Below, one piece after another: positions 8,901 to 17,139 of a DNA stretch of 64,000 nt. The stretch is from NCBI GenBank assembly GCA_963795735.1, contig CAWCIU010000018.1, positions 1,602,262 through 1,666,261 of the forward strand, written 5' to 3'. The stretch is from an uncultured Acidobacteriota bacterium. Its GTDB lineage: Bacteria > Acidobacteriota > Thermoanaerobaculia > Multivoradales > UBA5704. How positions within the stretch are numbered: position 1 is the stretch's first letter; each line of letters begins with the position of its first letter. The notes below the pieces were generated by a model, which was not told the origin of the DNA, searched no databases, and saw nothing but the letters and a program-made list of their open reading frames with translations. The position numbers and the translations under genes were made by a program.

Positions 8901-11506
8901 TCATAGATCTCGGTCGCGGTCGCCGAGGTCTCGGACCCTTGAGCGGTCGCGATCTTCACGGTGCGGTCCACCTGCCGGACGCCGCGATAGGTCATGGCGA
9001 CGTCGTGCGCCGCGCCGTCCGGCGGCCGGATCGTTCCCGGGCGGCCGAACGCGTCGTAATTGAGAAACGTGGTCTGGTTCGAGGGCGAGCCGGCCGTCCA
9101 CTCTGAGACGGTGCTCTTGTTGCCCGCGATGTCGTAGGCCGTCTGGCGCTTCGCCGAAGTACCGTTCGGGAGAGTCTTGAACTCCTGGTAGACCCGGCCG
9201 AAAGCGTCGAAGACGATCTGGTGCACGGCGAGGATCGGCGCGGTCACGCTGCCGTTGGCCCGTTGCCGCACGATCGCGTTGGCCTGCACGCTCCCGCCGG
9301 CCGGCGTATAGACATATTCCGTCCAGCCGCCCTGGGGCGGCTTCGACCAGAGCAGCCGGCCCAGGGCGTCGTACTCGTAGTTGGTCGTCAGACCTGCGGT
9401 GTCGGCGCTCGACGAGGGCAGGCCGGTGGTCGAATCGATCCCCTGGTTGAGGACGAAGAAGTTGATCCCCGCGTACTTCGAGGTCGCCCGTACGCCGAAG
9501 GAGTAGCCATGATCGATCTCGTATTCCGGATTGGCCGGCAGGGCCACCGTGCAGAGATTGCCGGCGCCGATCCCACCCTGGGCGTCGCCGCCGTAAGACT
9601 TCTCGTTCATGACGTTTCCCGTATTCTCAAGGACGTAGACCGAGACGAGGTCCTGCGCCCCTTGTGCCGCTCCGTCCAGGCGGTGGACCCGCTTGCGCGT
9701 CACCGTCGTCGAGCCCGGCGCGTAGCAGAGCTCTGTCTGGGCCGTGGCCGCACCCTCCGAATCCGACACCGAAACCGGGGCCTCGAGCACCCAGGCCGAG
9801 CTCGACGGGAAGAGCGAGTAACCCGAGCCGGTGTTGCCCGCCGCGTTCACCGTGTACGTGCCCTGGCCGGGATTGTAATTCCCGAAATGGGTGCGGACGT
9901 TCGAGCCCGGGAAGCTTCCTTCGGTCTGCTGCGTGCGGTAGTGCCCCAGGCCGTCGAAGCCGGAGCTCACCGCGCCGCTGAAGTTGCCGCCGTCGTCGTT
10001 GTAGACCGTACGGCTGCGCAAGGGCCGGCGGTTGAGGTTGTAGATGTCCGGCGGCGAGACCGCATAGACGGGATCCCGCTCGTAGAGCACGTACTCCGAG
10101 CGCAGCAGCGCCGCCGAGGGCGAGGGGCCGTCGTAGACCTGCCGTGAGAGGTTGAGGTCCACGCCGGGAGCCACGTTCAAGGTCGTGTTGCGCGTGAACG
10201 GCAGGCTGTAGTCGTAGGTGCTCCACCCGGTGTAGCTGAGATCGATGGCGGTCGAGAAGTAGCTCACTGTCCGGTTGCCGAGCGGATCGATCACTGTCGT
10301 GGAGTGCTCGCGGCTGGTCAGGGCGTCGGGAAATCCCGGAGCGGACGTGTAGGTCCAGATTCCCAGCACGGTGCCGTTCGGATTGCGCATCGTCCGCGTC
10401 GCCACGCCGGGGTTGGTCTGCAGGTGCTTCTTGGTCGTCGAGCCCGTCGGGAAATAAACCTTTTGCCAGGTCCATTCCATCCGCCCCAGGGTCGGCAGGT
10501 TCCACGCCGTGATCTCGCCCGCGTTCTCCGTGCAGGCGTTGTCGGGCCAGCTCGGTCCCGAAGGCAAGGTGATCACATAATCGCTCGCCGTGTTCGACCA
10601 GGAGGAGCCGTCCGGCAGGCTGACGCTCGTCAGCAGCGGCACCGATACCATGCTCCCCACGCTATTCTTCTGATCCGTGTCGTTGTGCGGGCAGGCCCGG
10701 CCGATCGTCTGCACGGCATAGTTGAACTGATAGGTCGCCTTGGCGCCGGCGAAGGCCGTGAGCTCGATGCGATCCACCACCTGACCGTAGGGAGAAAGAT
10801 CGGTGCGAAAGAAGATGCGCTGCTGCCGGCCGTGAACGTCGGACAGAATCCACTGATTCGCCGTCGTTATGGAATCGATCGTCAGGCGGTTGCCGAACGG
10901 GTCCTGGATGCTCGTCGGCATGCCGTCGGCGCCGAAGGAGCGCGTCGAGCCGTCCGGAAACTCCACCAACCAGCCTCCCGACACCAGGACCTTCAGCCGC
11001 AGGTAGCTGCCGTCCCGCGTGTACTGGATGTCCGAGACCCCGGAGACCGGCGCGTCCTCGGCATCGCCGGGGTGGAGCGTCGGATAGAAGACGTGGTCGG
11101 TGCCGTTCTCGTCCTGATAGACCGGCCCCAGCGGGTAGGTGTCGTTGGCGTCGGGCACCTGGCAGGGTGGGTTCATCCGGCCCAGCGACACCCGCCAGCC
11201 CAGACCCGCGTTCGAGCATGGCGTCGGGTAGGCCTGCGTGCGGGAGAGATCGTTGGCGGGGTCCAACGGATTCGGATACTTGACCGTCTTGAACAGCCAG
11301 GGGTTCGAGTTGTAGACCAGCTTCAGGCCGTAGGAGAAGCCGCCGTTGACCGGATAGGAGCCGCCGATCGGGATGGTCAGCGTCAGGCCGTTGTTGAACA
11401 GGTTGACGCTGTCGATGTCTCCGACGTGGAAGGACTGCTCGACCGGAAACCCCGGCGCCGTGTTCGGATGGACGTCCGCCATGGCCGGAGCGGCCATGGC
11501 GCCCAC
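5990..11506 (-). CDS. Rhs/YD-repeat polymorphic toxin (1838 aa) with three internal SLH domains and a C-terminal variable toxin domain.
   Basis: Many YD repeats are present (YDALGRL, FDAFGRV, YDIAGN, NYDAFGR, YDRHGRL, YGYDVGNRL, FSYDRAGLL, YDSHGHAL, YSYDGAGN, TYDAVSRL, FDAFGNL, YDAAGN, YTYDHFNQ). The RHS core runs about 6575-6937 (HLDHLGTPRLITRGSGDRVAYHVYYPFGEE...DPTGQ). The CT toxin runs 5990-6574. The start is ambiguous: GTG at 11506 in the track, but a signal-peptide-like segment (SSRKILAAILLVGAMAAPAMA) is encoded in-frame upstream with no start codon. Confidence 0.9.
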   Translation of the reverse strand: MGAMAAPAMADVHPNTAPGFPVEQSFHVGDIDSVNLFNNGLTLTIPIGGSYPVNGGFSYGLKLVYNSNPWLFKTVKYPNPLDPANDLSRTQAYPTPCSNAGLGWRVSLGRMNPPCQVPDANDTYPLGPVYQDENGTDHVFYPTLHPGDAEDAPVSGVSDIQYTRDGSYLRLKVLVSGGWLVEFPDGSTRSFGADGMPTSIQDPFGNRLTIDSITTANQWILSDVHGRQQRIFFRTDLSPYGQVVDRIELTAFAGAKATYQFNYAVQTIGRACPHNDTDQKNSVGSMVSVPLLTSVSLPDGSSWSNTASDYVITLPSGPSWPDNACTENAGEITAWNLPTLGRMEWTWQKVYFPTGSTTKKHLQTNPGVATRTMRNPNGTVLGIWTYTSAPGFPDALTSREHSTTVIDPLGNRTVSYFSTAIDLSYTGWSTYDYSLPFTRNTTLNVAPGVDLNLSRQVYDGPSPSAALLRSEYVLYERDPVYAVSPPDIYNLNRRPLRSRTVYNDDGGNFSGAVSSGFDGLGHYRTQQTEGSFPGSNVRTHFGNYNPGQGTYTVNAAGNTGSGYSLFPSSSAWVLEAPVSVSDSEGAATAQTELCYAPGSTTVTRKRVHRLDGAAQGAQDLVSVYVLENTGNVMNEKSYGGDAQGGIGAGNLCTVALPANPEYEIDHGYSFGVRATSKYAGINFFVLNQGIDSTTGLPSSSADTAGLTTNYEYDALGRLLWSKPPQGGWTEYVYTPAGGSVQANAIVRQRANGSVTAPILAVHQIVFDAFGRVYQEFKTLPNGTSAKRQTAYDIAGNKSTVSEWTAGSPSNQTTFLNYDAFGRPGTIRPPDGAAHDVAMTYRGVRQVDRTVKIATAQGSETSATATEIYDRHGRLASVAEPSGSGGANVTTFYGYDVGNRLASVSTTAASVTQTRNFSYDRAGLLQSETHPEKGASGNGAVSYPRYDSHGHALRKVDGPNDLTFSYDPAERLFQVQETGGSSRLLKAFTYASANGSNDWSQGKLRQASRYNYVALSGAAHTVQITETYTYGGRDGRVSQRDTQATTDTVPGESFTQGFTYNDLGLVSNLDYPRCTHAGCTQPAPAVFADAPVGYWAQREIEGIYAAGVTTGCNTNPLRFCPDNTITRSEMAAFLIRASSAPGYTPPAPNCQAPIFADVPCTQWAAAWIEEIYRRGITTGCAANPLRYCPDNQVINAEMAAFLLRSKEGTSYVPPACTGAGPFLDVNCAYWDAAQIAEVSRRGIMTGCGGGNFCPGNPLTRAQMAGYLARTFDIPVATDPNTARSVQLAYTQGLLTGVASGATTYGTIAYYPNLLVSQIAHGNGVTETQGNDPNEMRRPSSLAASGPWASWNSGSYSYDGAGNVKAIGTSWFTYDAVSRLVSSTLFDGPTGAGNQKQQSYAFDAFGNLQSIGGTSGRATPTSSQTNRLSGAAVYDAAGNLTNWNGASYTYDHFNQMTQMVSGAENWAYLYTADDERIWSYDTARNLSHWTVRDLGGKVLRDYLNNAGTWSVGTDYLYRDGLLLAAETQTGQRHFHLDHLGTPRLITRGSGDRVAYHVYYPFGEEATAFNQDTERMKFTGHERDLASPAGAGDDLDYMHARHESPVTGRFLSVDTAKESFDSKSPQSINRYSYVQNRSLNSVDPTGQVLVFTGTEAEYRQLESIANSGLHGVRLVIDASGKATLQTTGEGGAATPAQAALKSVLEHAINDTRTVGIQLVDGDRGVLFGEYRSGKLDVKDLTAINPGPGLSSQSVLAHEVAEQSFKQFNHLANTRSDFDRAHSYGNAAQSAVSGYHRGASHNGLPPSGPLNGVIVTRQEQGGHTIVVITFWQNGNLTGVLRQ
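7697..8254 (-). other. Three tandem S-layer-homology (SLH)-like domains embedded in the Rhs protein at about residues 1085-1270.
   Basis: Each repeat shows FADAPVGYWAQREIEGIYAAGVTTGC...FCPDNTITRSEMAAFLIRA, then FADVPCTQWAAAWIEEIYRRGITTGC...YCPDNQVINAEMAAFLLRS, then FLDVNCAYWDAAQIAEVSRRGIMTGC...FCPGNPLTRAQMAGYLARTFDIP. These match the SLH consensus (F.DV...W....I..L...GI..G....F.P...ITRAE.A..L). Each repeat also carries extra Cys pairs. Confidence 0.6.
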
Positions 11507-12216
11507 CAGCAGGATCGCAGCGAGGATCTTGCGCGAGCTGATTGCGCCACCCCGCCCTTGTGCACCGAGATCTCCATGGTCAGCGGATCGACGACGAACC
11601 AGAGGTCGTTCCCCTTGAGCTTGGCCGGCGCGGCCGGGCTCCCCGGGAGCGGATCGAATTTGTCCAGCGCGAAGCGCAGGTGACCGTCGTTCTTGCCGTC
11701 CTCGTCCCGCGGGCCGCCGTCGCCGCCGGCGAAAGCCCAGGCACCCTCCTTGGGGCGCACCATCAGACCCATGAGATAGGGACGCTCGTCGAGGATCTCG
11801 TCAGACTTCGACCCCTCCCCCAGTCCCAGGTGCGAGGGCTTCTGCGGCTTCGCCAGCCGGTAGCCGTTCGGCGCCGCCACCACGAAATCGCCGCCGTCGA
11901 GGTCCACCGCCACCCAGAAGGAGCGCGGCGTCACGGCATGGCCGAGATCGAGGCGCGCCGTGCCATCCGCGGCGACCGTCCCGGTCTCGTAGCGCTGCGC
12001 CATCTCCCCTGAGTACTCGGCGTCGATCCGGTGCTCGACCCCGAACCAGACCACCCGATCCCCCGGCGTCAGGCCGCTCGCCACCAGTGCCGAATCCTCG
12101 AAGGCAACCTGCGGCGCCGGCTTGGCGGGTTTGCCAGGACTCCCCTGGGCAAAAGCTACGCCCGCGACGAGCAGGCCCAGCAGGAGCGTCAAAGACAGCG
12201 AACGGTCTCTTCTCAT
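11383..12216 (-). CDS. Secreted hypothetical protein. Its 3' end is uncertain and overlaps the Rhs 5' region in another frame.
   Basis: MRRDRSLSLTLLLGLLVAGVAFAQGSP is a signal peptide. The mature part is charged and Gly-rich (…PKEGAWAFAGGDGGPRDEDGKNDGHLRF…). The last 50 or so residues (ARARSSLRSCWWAPWP...) look like out-of-frame read-through of the Rhs N-terminus. Confidence 0.45.
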   Translation of the reverse strand: MRRDRSLSLTLLLGLLVAGVAFAQGSPGKPAKPAPQVAFEDSALVASGLTPGDRVVWFGVEHRIDAEYSGEMAQRYETGTVAADGTARLDLGHAVTPRSFWVAVDLDGGDFVVAAPNGYRLAKPQKPSHLGLGEGSKSDEILDERPYLMGLMVRPKEGAWAFAGGDGGPRDEDGKNDGHLRFALDKFDPLPGSPAAPAKLKGNDLWFVVDPLTMEISVHKGGVAQSARARSSLRSCWWAPWPLRPWRTSIRTRRRGFRSSSPSTSETSTASTCSTTA

Positions 12217-12507
12217 GGCATCGCCTCACCAAGTCGGACGGCAGTTGTCCGCCATTCTATAGGAATGAACCCGTCTTACCTTCAGCTCGACAGAGTAGGA
12301 AGCGCCCCAGGTGTCTAAGAGCGTCGCTAAGTCGCGATCCAGGGCGCCATCCTGGAAACGGCTTTCAGGGCGCTTCCTGAGCCGCCGCCTCGCTCTATAA
12401 CGATTCGGCACCTCGCCGGGGCGGCACCTCTTCCCCGGGCAGCGCGCTCCCGGGCGAGCTCCGGGCGGCCGCTCGACGCCAGGCACACCGCTTTTCGGAG
12501 TCTCTGT

Positions 12508-12936
12508 TCAAACCACCACAAGGTGCTCTGGAGTAGCTCCTGGGGCTGCCGACAGCGGGATGGAGTGATCGAAGGCGACGAGCCTTCCCCGATGCTCCAC
12601 GGCAAGCGCCAGAAGATAGACGTCGGTCACCTGGCGCGGCCCGTGGACATGGCTGGAGTTGATTCGGCGGTCATCGAGAAAGCTGGTGGAACAGGGCCAG
12701 AATTCGTGGTGCTCGGTGCTGGTCGCCCGGCGCAGCCGCTCGACAGCCTCGAAAGGCGAAACGGGACTTGGGTACTTGGGCTGGCTGATAATGCGGACGA
12801 ACCCGTTTTGAGTCAGAGCGCAGGATGCCCAGCCATGCTGGATTTCCCCTGAGATCCACTCTTGGGCTCGTCGATGGTCGACGTGATCGGCATCCAGCAG
12901 CGCGAGGAGCACGCTGATGTCGAGGAGCGCTCGCAT
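12508..12936 (-). CDS. vapC: Type II toxin VapC (PIN-domain ribonuclease).
   Basis: MRALLDISVLLALLDADHVDHRRAQEW... is a PIN N-terminal motif. The protein is 142 aa. Its ATG overlaps the stop of the upstream antitoxin gene (ATGA). Confidence 0.8.
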   Translation of the reverse strand: MRALLDISVLLALLDADHVDHRRAQEWISGEIQHGWASCALTQNGFVRIISQPKYPSPVSPFEAVERLRRATSTEHHEFWPCSTSFLDDRRINSSHVHGPRQVTDVYLLALAVEHRGRLVAFDHSIPLSAAPGATPEHLVVV

Positions 12937-13181
12937 CAGTCCAAGTCTTCTTCCCGCAGCTTGTTGATGAGCTCATTGGAGATCGCGCCACCACGGGGGG
13001 GCAACGGTTCGAAGCCAAAGAAGCTCTTCGGCTTCTCGACCTTGGGATCCTCCTTGTACCGATGGGTCAGCGCCTCCCGAGCGAGCTCAGACAGGAGATC
13101 TCCGGCGCTGCGCTTCTGCCGCCGCGCCCTCTCCTTGACCGCCAGCAGAACATCCTCCGCGATATCGAGCGTGGTGCGCAT
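12936..13181 (-). CDS. vapB: Type II antitoxin VapB (81 aa).
   Basis: MRTTLDIAEDVLLAVKERARRQKRSAGDLLSELAREAL is a typical VapB N-terminus. It lies directly upstream of vapC and overlaps it. Confidence 0.7.
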   Translation of the reverse strand: MRTTLDIAEDVLLAVKERARRQKRSAGDLLSELAREALTHRYKEDPKVEKPKSFFGFEPLPPRGGAISNELINKLREEDLD

Positions 13182-13439
13182 GCATCAGATGCTAGCACAG
13201 CCGGGTAGAGTTACTATGGCGAGAAGCACCTGCACCTCGTCCTGGGGTACTCCGGGCGCCGGAGCCCTCTCCGAGTCGGTCGGGAACGGCGCACCCTGCG
13301 GGGAAACAACCGTCGTGGGGAACGTCTCTCCCTGGAAGGGGAATCGCGTTTCCGGCGGACGGCTCACCCAGTACCGGGGGGATAGTCCCAGCGAATCATC
13401 TGGCACCTCGCCCGGGGGGCTCCAATTTTATCCGGAACC

Positions 13440-14171
13440 TCAGCCGTCTGCTGCAGGGGTCTCGTTAGCCGCTTCTAGGTCGCTCACGAGGCCATAGCCC
13501 CACTGCCTCCCCACCAACTCATGCTCGGCACGGCATTTCTCGCATGTGAACCGTGTGCCGATCTTAAGCTTCCGGTTCTCTAACAGAGTTTCATGTTCAC
13601 ACTTCATGCAACGGAAGTTAGAAGCGATTAGGCGAAATAAAATCTTACCCTCTTCGCTTTCAATGGCATAAAATTCTGCACCGCAAGACGGATTCAGATA
13701 CACAGCCTTATGACTCTTCTGTACTCCCTCTAGGTTCGCCGCTACGGGTTCGCCACACACGGAACATTGAAACTCAACCAAGCTTGCGAGTGAGCTATCA
13801 ATGCGACTCGCTACCACAGGTTCTAATTCCGCTACAACGCTATCAAGGTACTTCCGAAGTTCCTTTGGATCTCGTTGAAGCGGCGAAGACTCGGCCGGAG
13901 GCGACAGTACGTGAAGAAGGTTCCCAATTTTATTGTAACGCTTCCGAAGCCAAGACACCTTGAGACCTTTATGGTTACCTAAGCTCATCCACTTTCCCGT
14001 AGGTACTCCTGGCTCGGATTCAAACGCCACCATCATCTGGAAGTCTTGATCTGCTCCAGGCTCAAGCTCAAGGAGGGCTTTAACCGCTTGCGGAGGCTGC
14101 CAGATGGCAAGAACGCCCTTAGGCAGTCGCTTAGCATAGGTCTCCAGTTTCTGGTAAGTTACCGCCTCCAT
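13440..14171 (-). CDS. Hypothetical protein with two C-terminal zinc-ribbon-like motifs; the first gene found at the 3' end of the low-GC cassette.
   Basis: Probable start MEAVTYQKLETYAKRLPKG. The motifs are CSVCG-x20-C(GAEF) and CMKCEH-x16-CEKC. No family was recognised. The gene is low-GC. Confidence 0.5.
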   Translation of the reverse strand: MEAVTYQKLETYAKRLPKGVLAIWQPPQAVKALLELEPGADQDFQMMVAFESEPGVPTGKWMSLGNHKGLKVSWLRKRYNKIGNLLHVLSPPAESSPLQRDPKELRKYLDSVVAELEPVVASRIDSSLASLVEFQCSVCGEPVAANLEGVQKSHKAVYLNPSCGAEFYAIESEEGKILFRLIASNFRCMKCEHETLLENRKLKIGTRFTCEKCRAEHELVGRQWGYGLVSDLEAANETPAADG

Positions 14172-14372
14172 GCAAAATCGAAGTTCTAGGCAGACATAGC
14201 GCAAGACGGAATCGCTCCTCTTTCTAGGAGTTCCTTTGCGCGCTTAAGGCAACTTCTCTTATCGAAGCTCATTCAGAAGTCTCTCCTCGAGCATCTACGG
14301 CAGCAACGTTCTAGGCCTCCGCTGCGGACTATAGGGTTGGGTGCGCCGCCACATTTGCGAGGACCAGGGATT

Positions 14373-15527
14373 TCAGCGGTCAACTCGGATCCATGCTATA
14401 GGATGTTCTGAATCGGCTGAAGCATATGCTCCCTTTTTGACTATCCGTTCAACTTTCCCACTGACTGGCGCTTGTATATTGCATCCCTTCCGTAAGTTCT
14501 CCAGGAAAGCAAGCCACTGCTCCAATACACTACCGGAGAATGATCTTTCCTCTTTTCTACGATTCCAATCCGCTACTGCCAGAAGTTTTCTTTCTTTGGC
14601 GATCTTGGCCTCAGTTTCAGCCTCTTCAACAGAATCTGGAGGTACTACTCCTGCCTCCTTGAGCCTCTGATATCGGGATAAATGCTGATCGGCTCGCAAA
14701 GCCTGCAAACTCTCCACTGACTTCGCGCTCTCCGGGCTAACATCGCTTGCTCCTGGAACTTGCAAATGACGCAACTCGCCACGGGTCCTCAGAATCTCAC
14801 GATCCAGTGCCTCGCAATCCTGCTGTACAATAACCTGTCCTTGCTTGATCTGAGCGCCCTGTTTCCATGTCTCTAAAACCGTACCCCCATAGCGTGCAAA
14901 GACAGGGTACAAATCGTTACTAAGTGGGGGATAGGGAGGATTTGGAGGAGTCGGAGTAGTAATGGATGTTGATTCTGAACGGGCAACCCAGAGGACTTGG
15001 AGTCGGTCGAGAGAATTGTTCACCTGCTCCCAGCGTCGAATTTCATCCTTGCTGACACGAGTCAATGAGACCAAGGACGTACTTACCGAGAACACAGCAC
15101 CAGCGAGAAGACCCGCCCCGACAATCGGCGCGAACAGCCTAACTGCGAATTCCACTGGCGCGCCAGATCCTTTTGAGTGCTCAAGTGTGCCAAAAATCTT
15201 CTCTGCTACATTTTCAAAAAATTTTCGCTCTGGGTCTAGACCACCCAGAACATTCGTGATTACAAAGGCTAATCCCCAGACGAAGCCAATCATAATGAGG
15301 ACAGCCATACTAAAATGGGCAACGTTATAGAGGATTGCAAAGGGACCATCATCTCCGGCGAGAACTCCAAGCAGATACCTGCGAAGGCCCTGCGAGCGAG
15401 CAACTTCTTTATCCATACCTCTCGCCCATTGATGATACACCTCGAAAAAAAGGAGCCCGAAGCAGCCAACAACAACGAGGGTGATCGAACCACGCAAGCT
15501 GGACCAAAACATAGATGACTTCATCAT
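14373..15527 (-). CDS. Membrane protein with 3-4 N-terminal TM segments plus a coiled coil and a split lipoyl-like (HlyD/membrane-fusion-like) domain.
   Basis: TM segments are ITLVVVGCFGLLFFEVY, FSMAVLIMIGFVWGLAFVITNVLGG and LFAPIVGAGLLAGAVFSVSTSLVSL. The C-terminal half has YGGTVLETWKQGAQIKQGQVIVQQD, then a coiled coil, then IQAPVSGKVERIVKKGAYASADSEHPIAWI. This is the barrel-sandwich hybrid signature of HlyD-type adaptors. The gene is low-GC. Confidence 0.5.
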   Translation of the reverse strand: MMKSSMFWSSLRGSITLVVVGCFGLLFFEVYHQWARGMDKEVARSQGLRRYLLGVLAGDDGPFAILYNVAHFSMAVLIMIGFVWGLAFVITNVLGGLDPERKFFENVAEKIFGTLEHSKGSGAPVEFAVRLFAPIVGAGLLAGAVFSVSTSLVSLTRVSKDEIRRWEQVNNSLDRLQVLWVARSESTSITTPTPPNPPYPPLSNDLYPVFARYGGTVLETWKQGAQIKQGQVIVQQDCEALDREILRTRGELRHLQVPGASDVSPESAKSVESLQALRADQHLSRYQRLKEAGVVPPDSVEEAETEAKIAKERKLLAVADWNRRKEERSFSGSVLEQWLAFLENLRKGCNIQAPVSGKVERIVKKGAYASADSEHPIAWIRVDR

Positions 15528-15747
15528 CTTCTCCTTGAATTACTCCTGGACAAGTGCATAAGTAAGAAGTTGAAAGATAAAGCCGAAAAATTTGACCTGC
15601 CCAACGGGAGTGTGGCTGAGTGGCGGCGCCAGCCGTCCGCTCGAGCCTCCGGCCGCACTGGTTCTCCATGCATGCGATTGAAGCGCGATAAATGATTGTC
15701 GTCTTGATGCGAGTCCATTTCAATGGTTGCCCATGCGCAGCATATCA

Positions 15748-16344
15748 CTACTTACCAATAATCATCTTCACTATCATCGCCACGAACGAGATGCAATACG
15801 TGAAAGTGTTTAAATAATTTGGCCGCTCAGGAGTAAGCTTCAAACGTATCCATTCGGCAAGACGTAGAGGTGAGAGAGCTAATGCCATCCCGATTAGAAA
15901 TAGAAGGACCACAAGATACCCAAGCAACACGATGGGCCAAATAATGAAAAGAAGGAAAGCATCGCGAGAGCGAAAATCCTGCTCGAACCAATTGAATGGC
16001 CATGGCGGAAGGCGATGCGGGAAATCTTCTCTCCACCAGCGGCAAAATTTTCTGCCAACGCGCTGGGTCGGCAAGTATTGCAGTCTAAGCAGCGGCACAA
16101 TAAAAACGAGGCTAAGGAGGGTACCTGCTTCTCCAAGAGCGCGCAAGAAAAGGGATAATGATAGAAACATTACGATCAAACTTGTAAAAGTTAGGGTGAT
16201 TAACGCCAATACCTTCGAAGCCTTCCAAGTGGCCGCCCCTACTCTCAATAGCCATTCTTCTATTTTTCGGGCACGCTTCTCCCCTATAATCGTACTGATT
16301 CCGAAGATGGGGCCCAGCGTAAGGAGAACGTCCAGGATAGCCAT
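15748..16344 (-). CDS. Polytopic membrane protein (198 aa, about 5 TM segments) of unknown function; the first gene of the low-GC cassette in transcription order.
   Basis: The track gives MAILDVLLTLGPIFGISTIIGEKRARKIEEWLL…, followed by four more hydrophobic helices. An AT-rich putative promoter region lies at 16345-16500. Confidence 0.5.
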   Translation of the reverse strand: MAILDVLLTLGPIFGISTIIGEKRARKIEEWLLRVGAATWKASKVLALITLTFTSLIVMFLSLSLFLRALGEAGTLLSLVFIVPLLRLQYLPTQRVGRKFCRWWREDFPHRLPPWPFNWFEQDFRSRDAFLLFIIWPIVLLGYLVVLLFLIGMALALSPLRLAEWIRLKLTPERPNYLNTFTYCISFVAMIVKMIIGK

Positions 16345-16519
16345 AATTCTATGCTAGAACGTTGCTGGCCAACCTAGCTTATCCGCTTCGTCCCACGCTG
16401 CCTTACCAATATCCTGCATCTACCTGGCCGGGAAAGTCATAACGGATAGCTATGAGTCGATCTCATTCTAATTATAGACTTAGCTTTATCGTAAACCACT
16501 CCATCCTCTGCGTCAATAC

Positions 16520-16790
16520 GCCTCCGGTTGTCGTATAAGCGGCCGATCGACTCGCCGAGGCAGCTGCTGCTTATCCGACAACCTGCAATGAGGCCTCTCG
16601 AGGGAAGGGCGCTTAAATTGTCGTGTAAGCGTCTCCCGTCGAGGGCTGGTGGTGCTTATGCGCAGGCCGTCCGTCGGCATGGATTCTTGCGACGAACGGC
16701 GGGGGCTTGGAAGTCTCACGACTGCAAGAATTGGGGCGTGGAGCGGAGAGATCTCCCGGTTGCTTATGCGACAGAGAGTCGTCGGATCGG
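16520..16790. repeat. Array of five copies of the 12-mer TGTCG(T/C)(A/G)TAAGC in alternating orientation, forming two inverted-repeat pairs.
   Basis: Copies read tgtcgtataagc (about 16529), gcttatccgaca (about 16567), tgtcgtgtaagc (about 16622), gcttatgcgca (about 16654) and gcttatgcgaca (about 16762). The first pair extends to a 15-bp inverted repeat, GGTTGTCGtATAAGC…GCTTATcCGACAACC. No coding potential is present. Confidence 0.5.
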
Positions 16791-17139
16791 CGTCAGACGG
16801 AGTCGACAGGGCTTGGACGCCCCGGCATCCTCGGTGCCCGTATCCCAACGTAACCAAAAACCCTCCGTAACACGCCGCCCCTCAGCGGGAGGCCCCCTCC
16901 TCCCACCCGGCGGCCTGCGGTCGGCGGGTGCCTGGTCCTTCGATTGTCAATGAGCTCTCGCGACGGGCCGTTGCCGGCTCTCGCGGCTTCGCCCAGGACG
17001 GATGCGTCCGGGGCGAAGCTCCCTGTCCTTCCGATCCCCCTTGAAGGATCAGGAATACTTCTGTAATGTGCATATAGTTGACGATCTAGAACGGCGTGTC
17101 AAGCCCTGAGGGTGAAGAAAGGGCGCGACGCGCTCGCCT

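Noticed and set aside
6575-9106. An 843-aa ORF on the plus strand, and many other ORFs of 100-500 aa on the strand opposite the Rhs gene (for example 7095-8024, 9221-10147, 9627-10505 and 10304-11683).
   Set aside because: They are Arg/Gly/Pro-rich low-complexity translations typical of antisense frames in high-GC DNA. The minus strand encodes a continuous, motif-rich Rhs protein.
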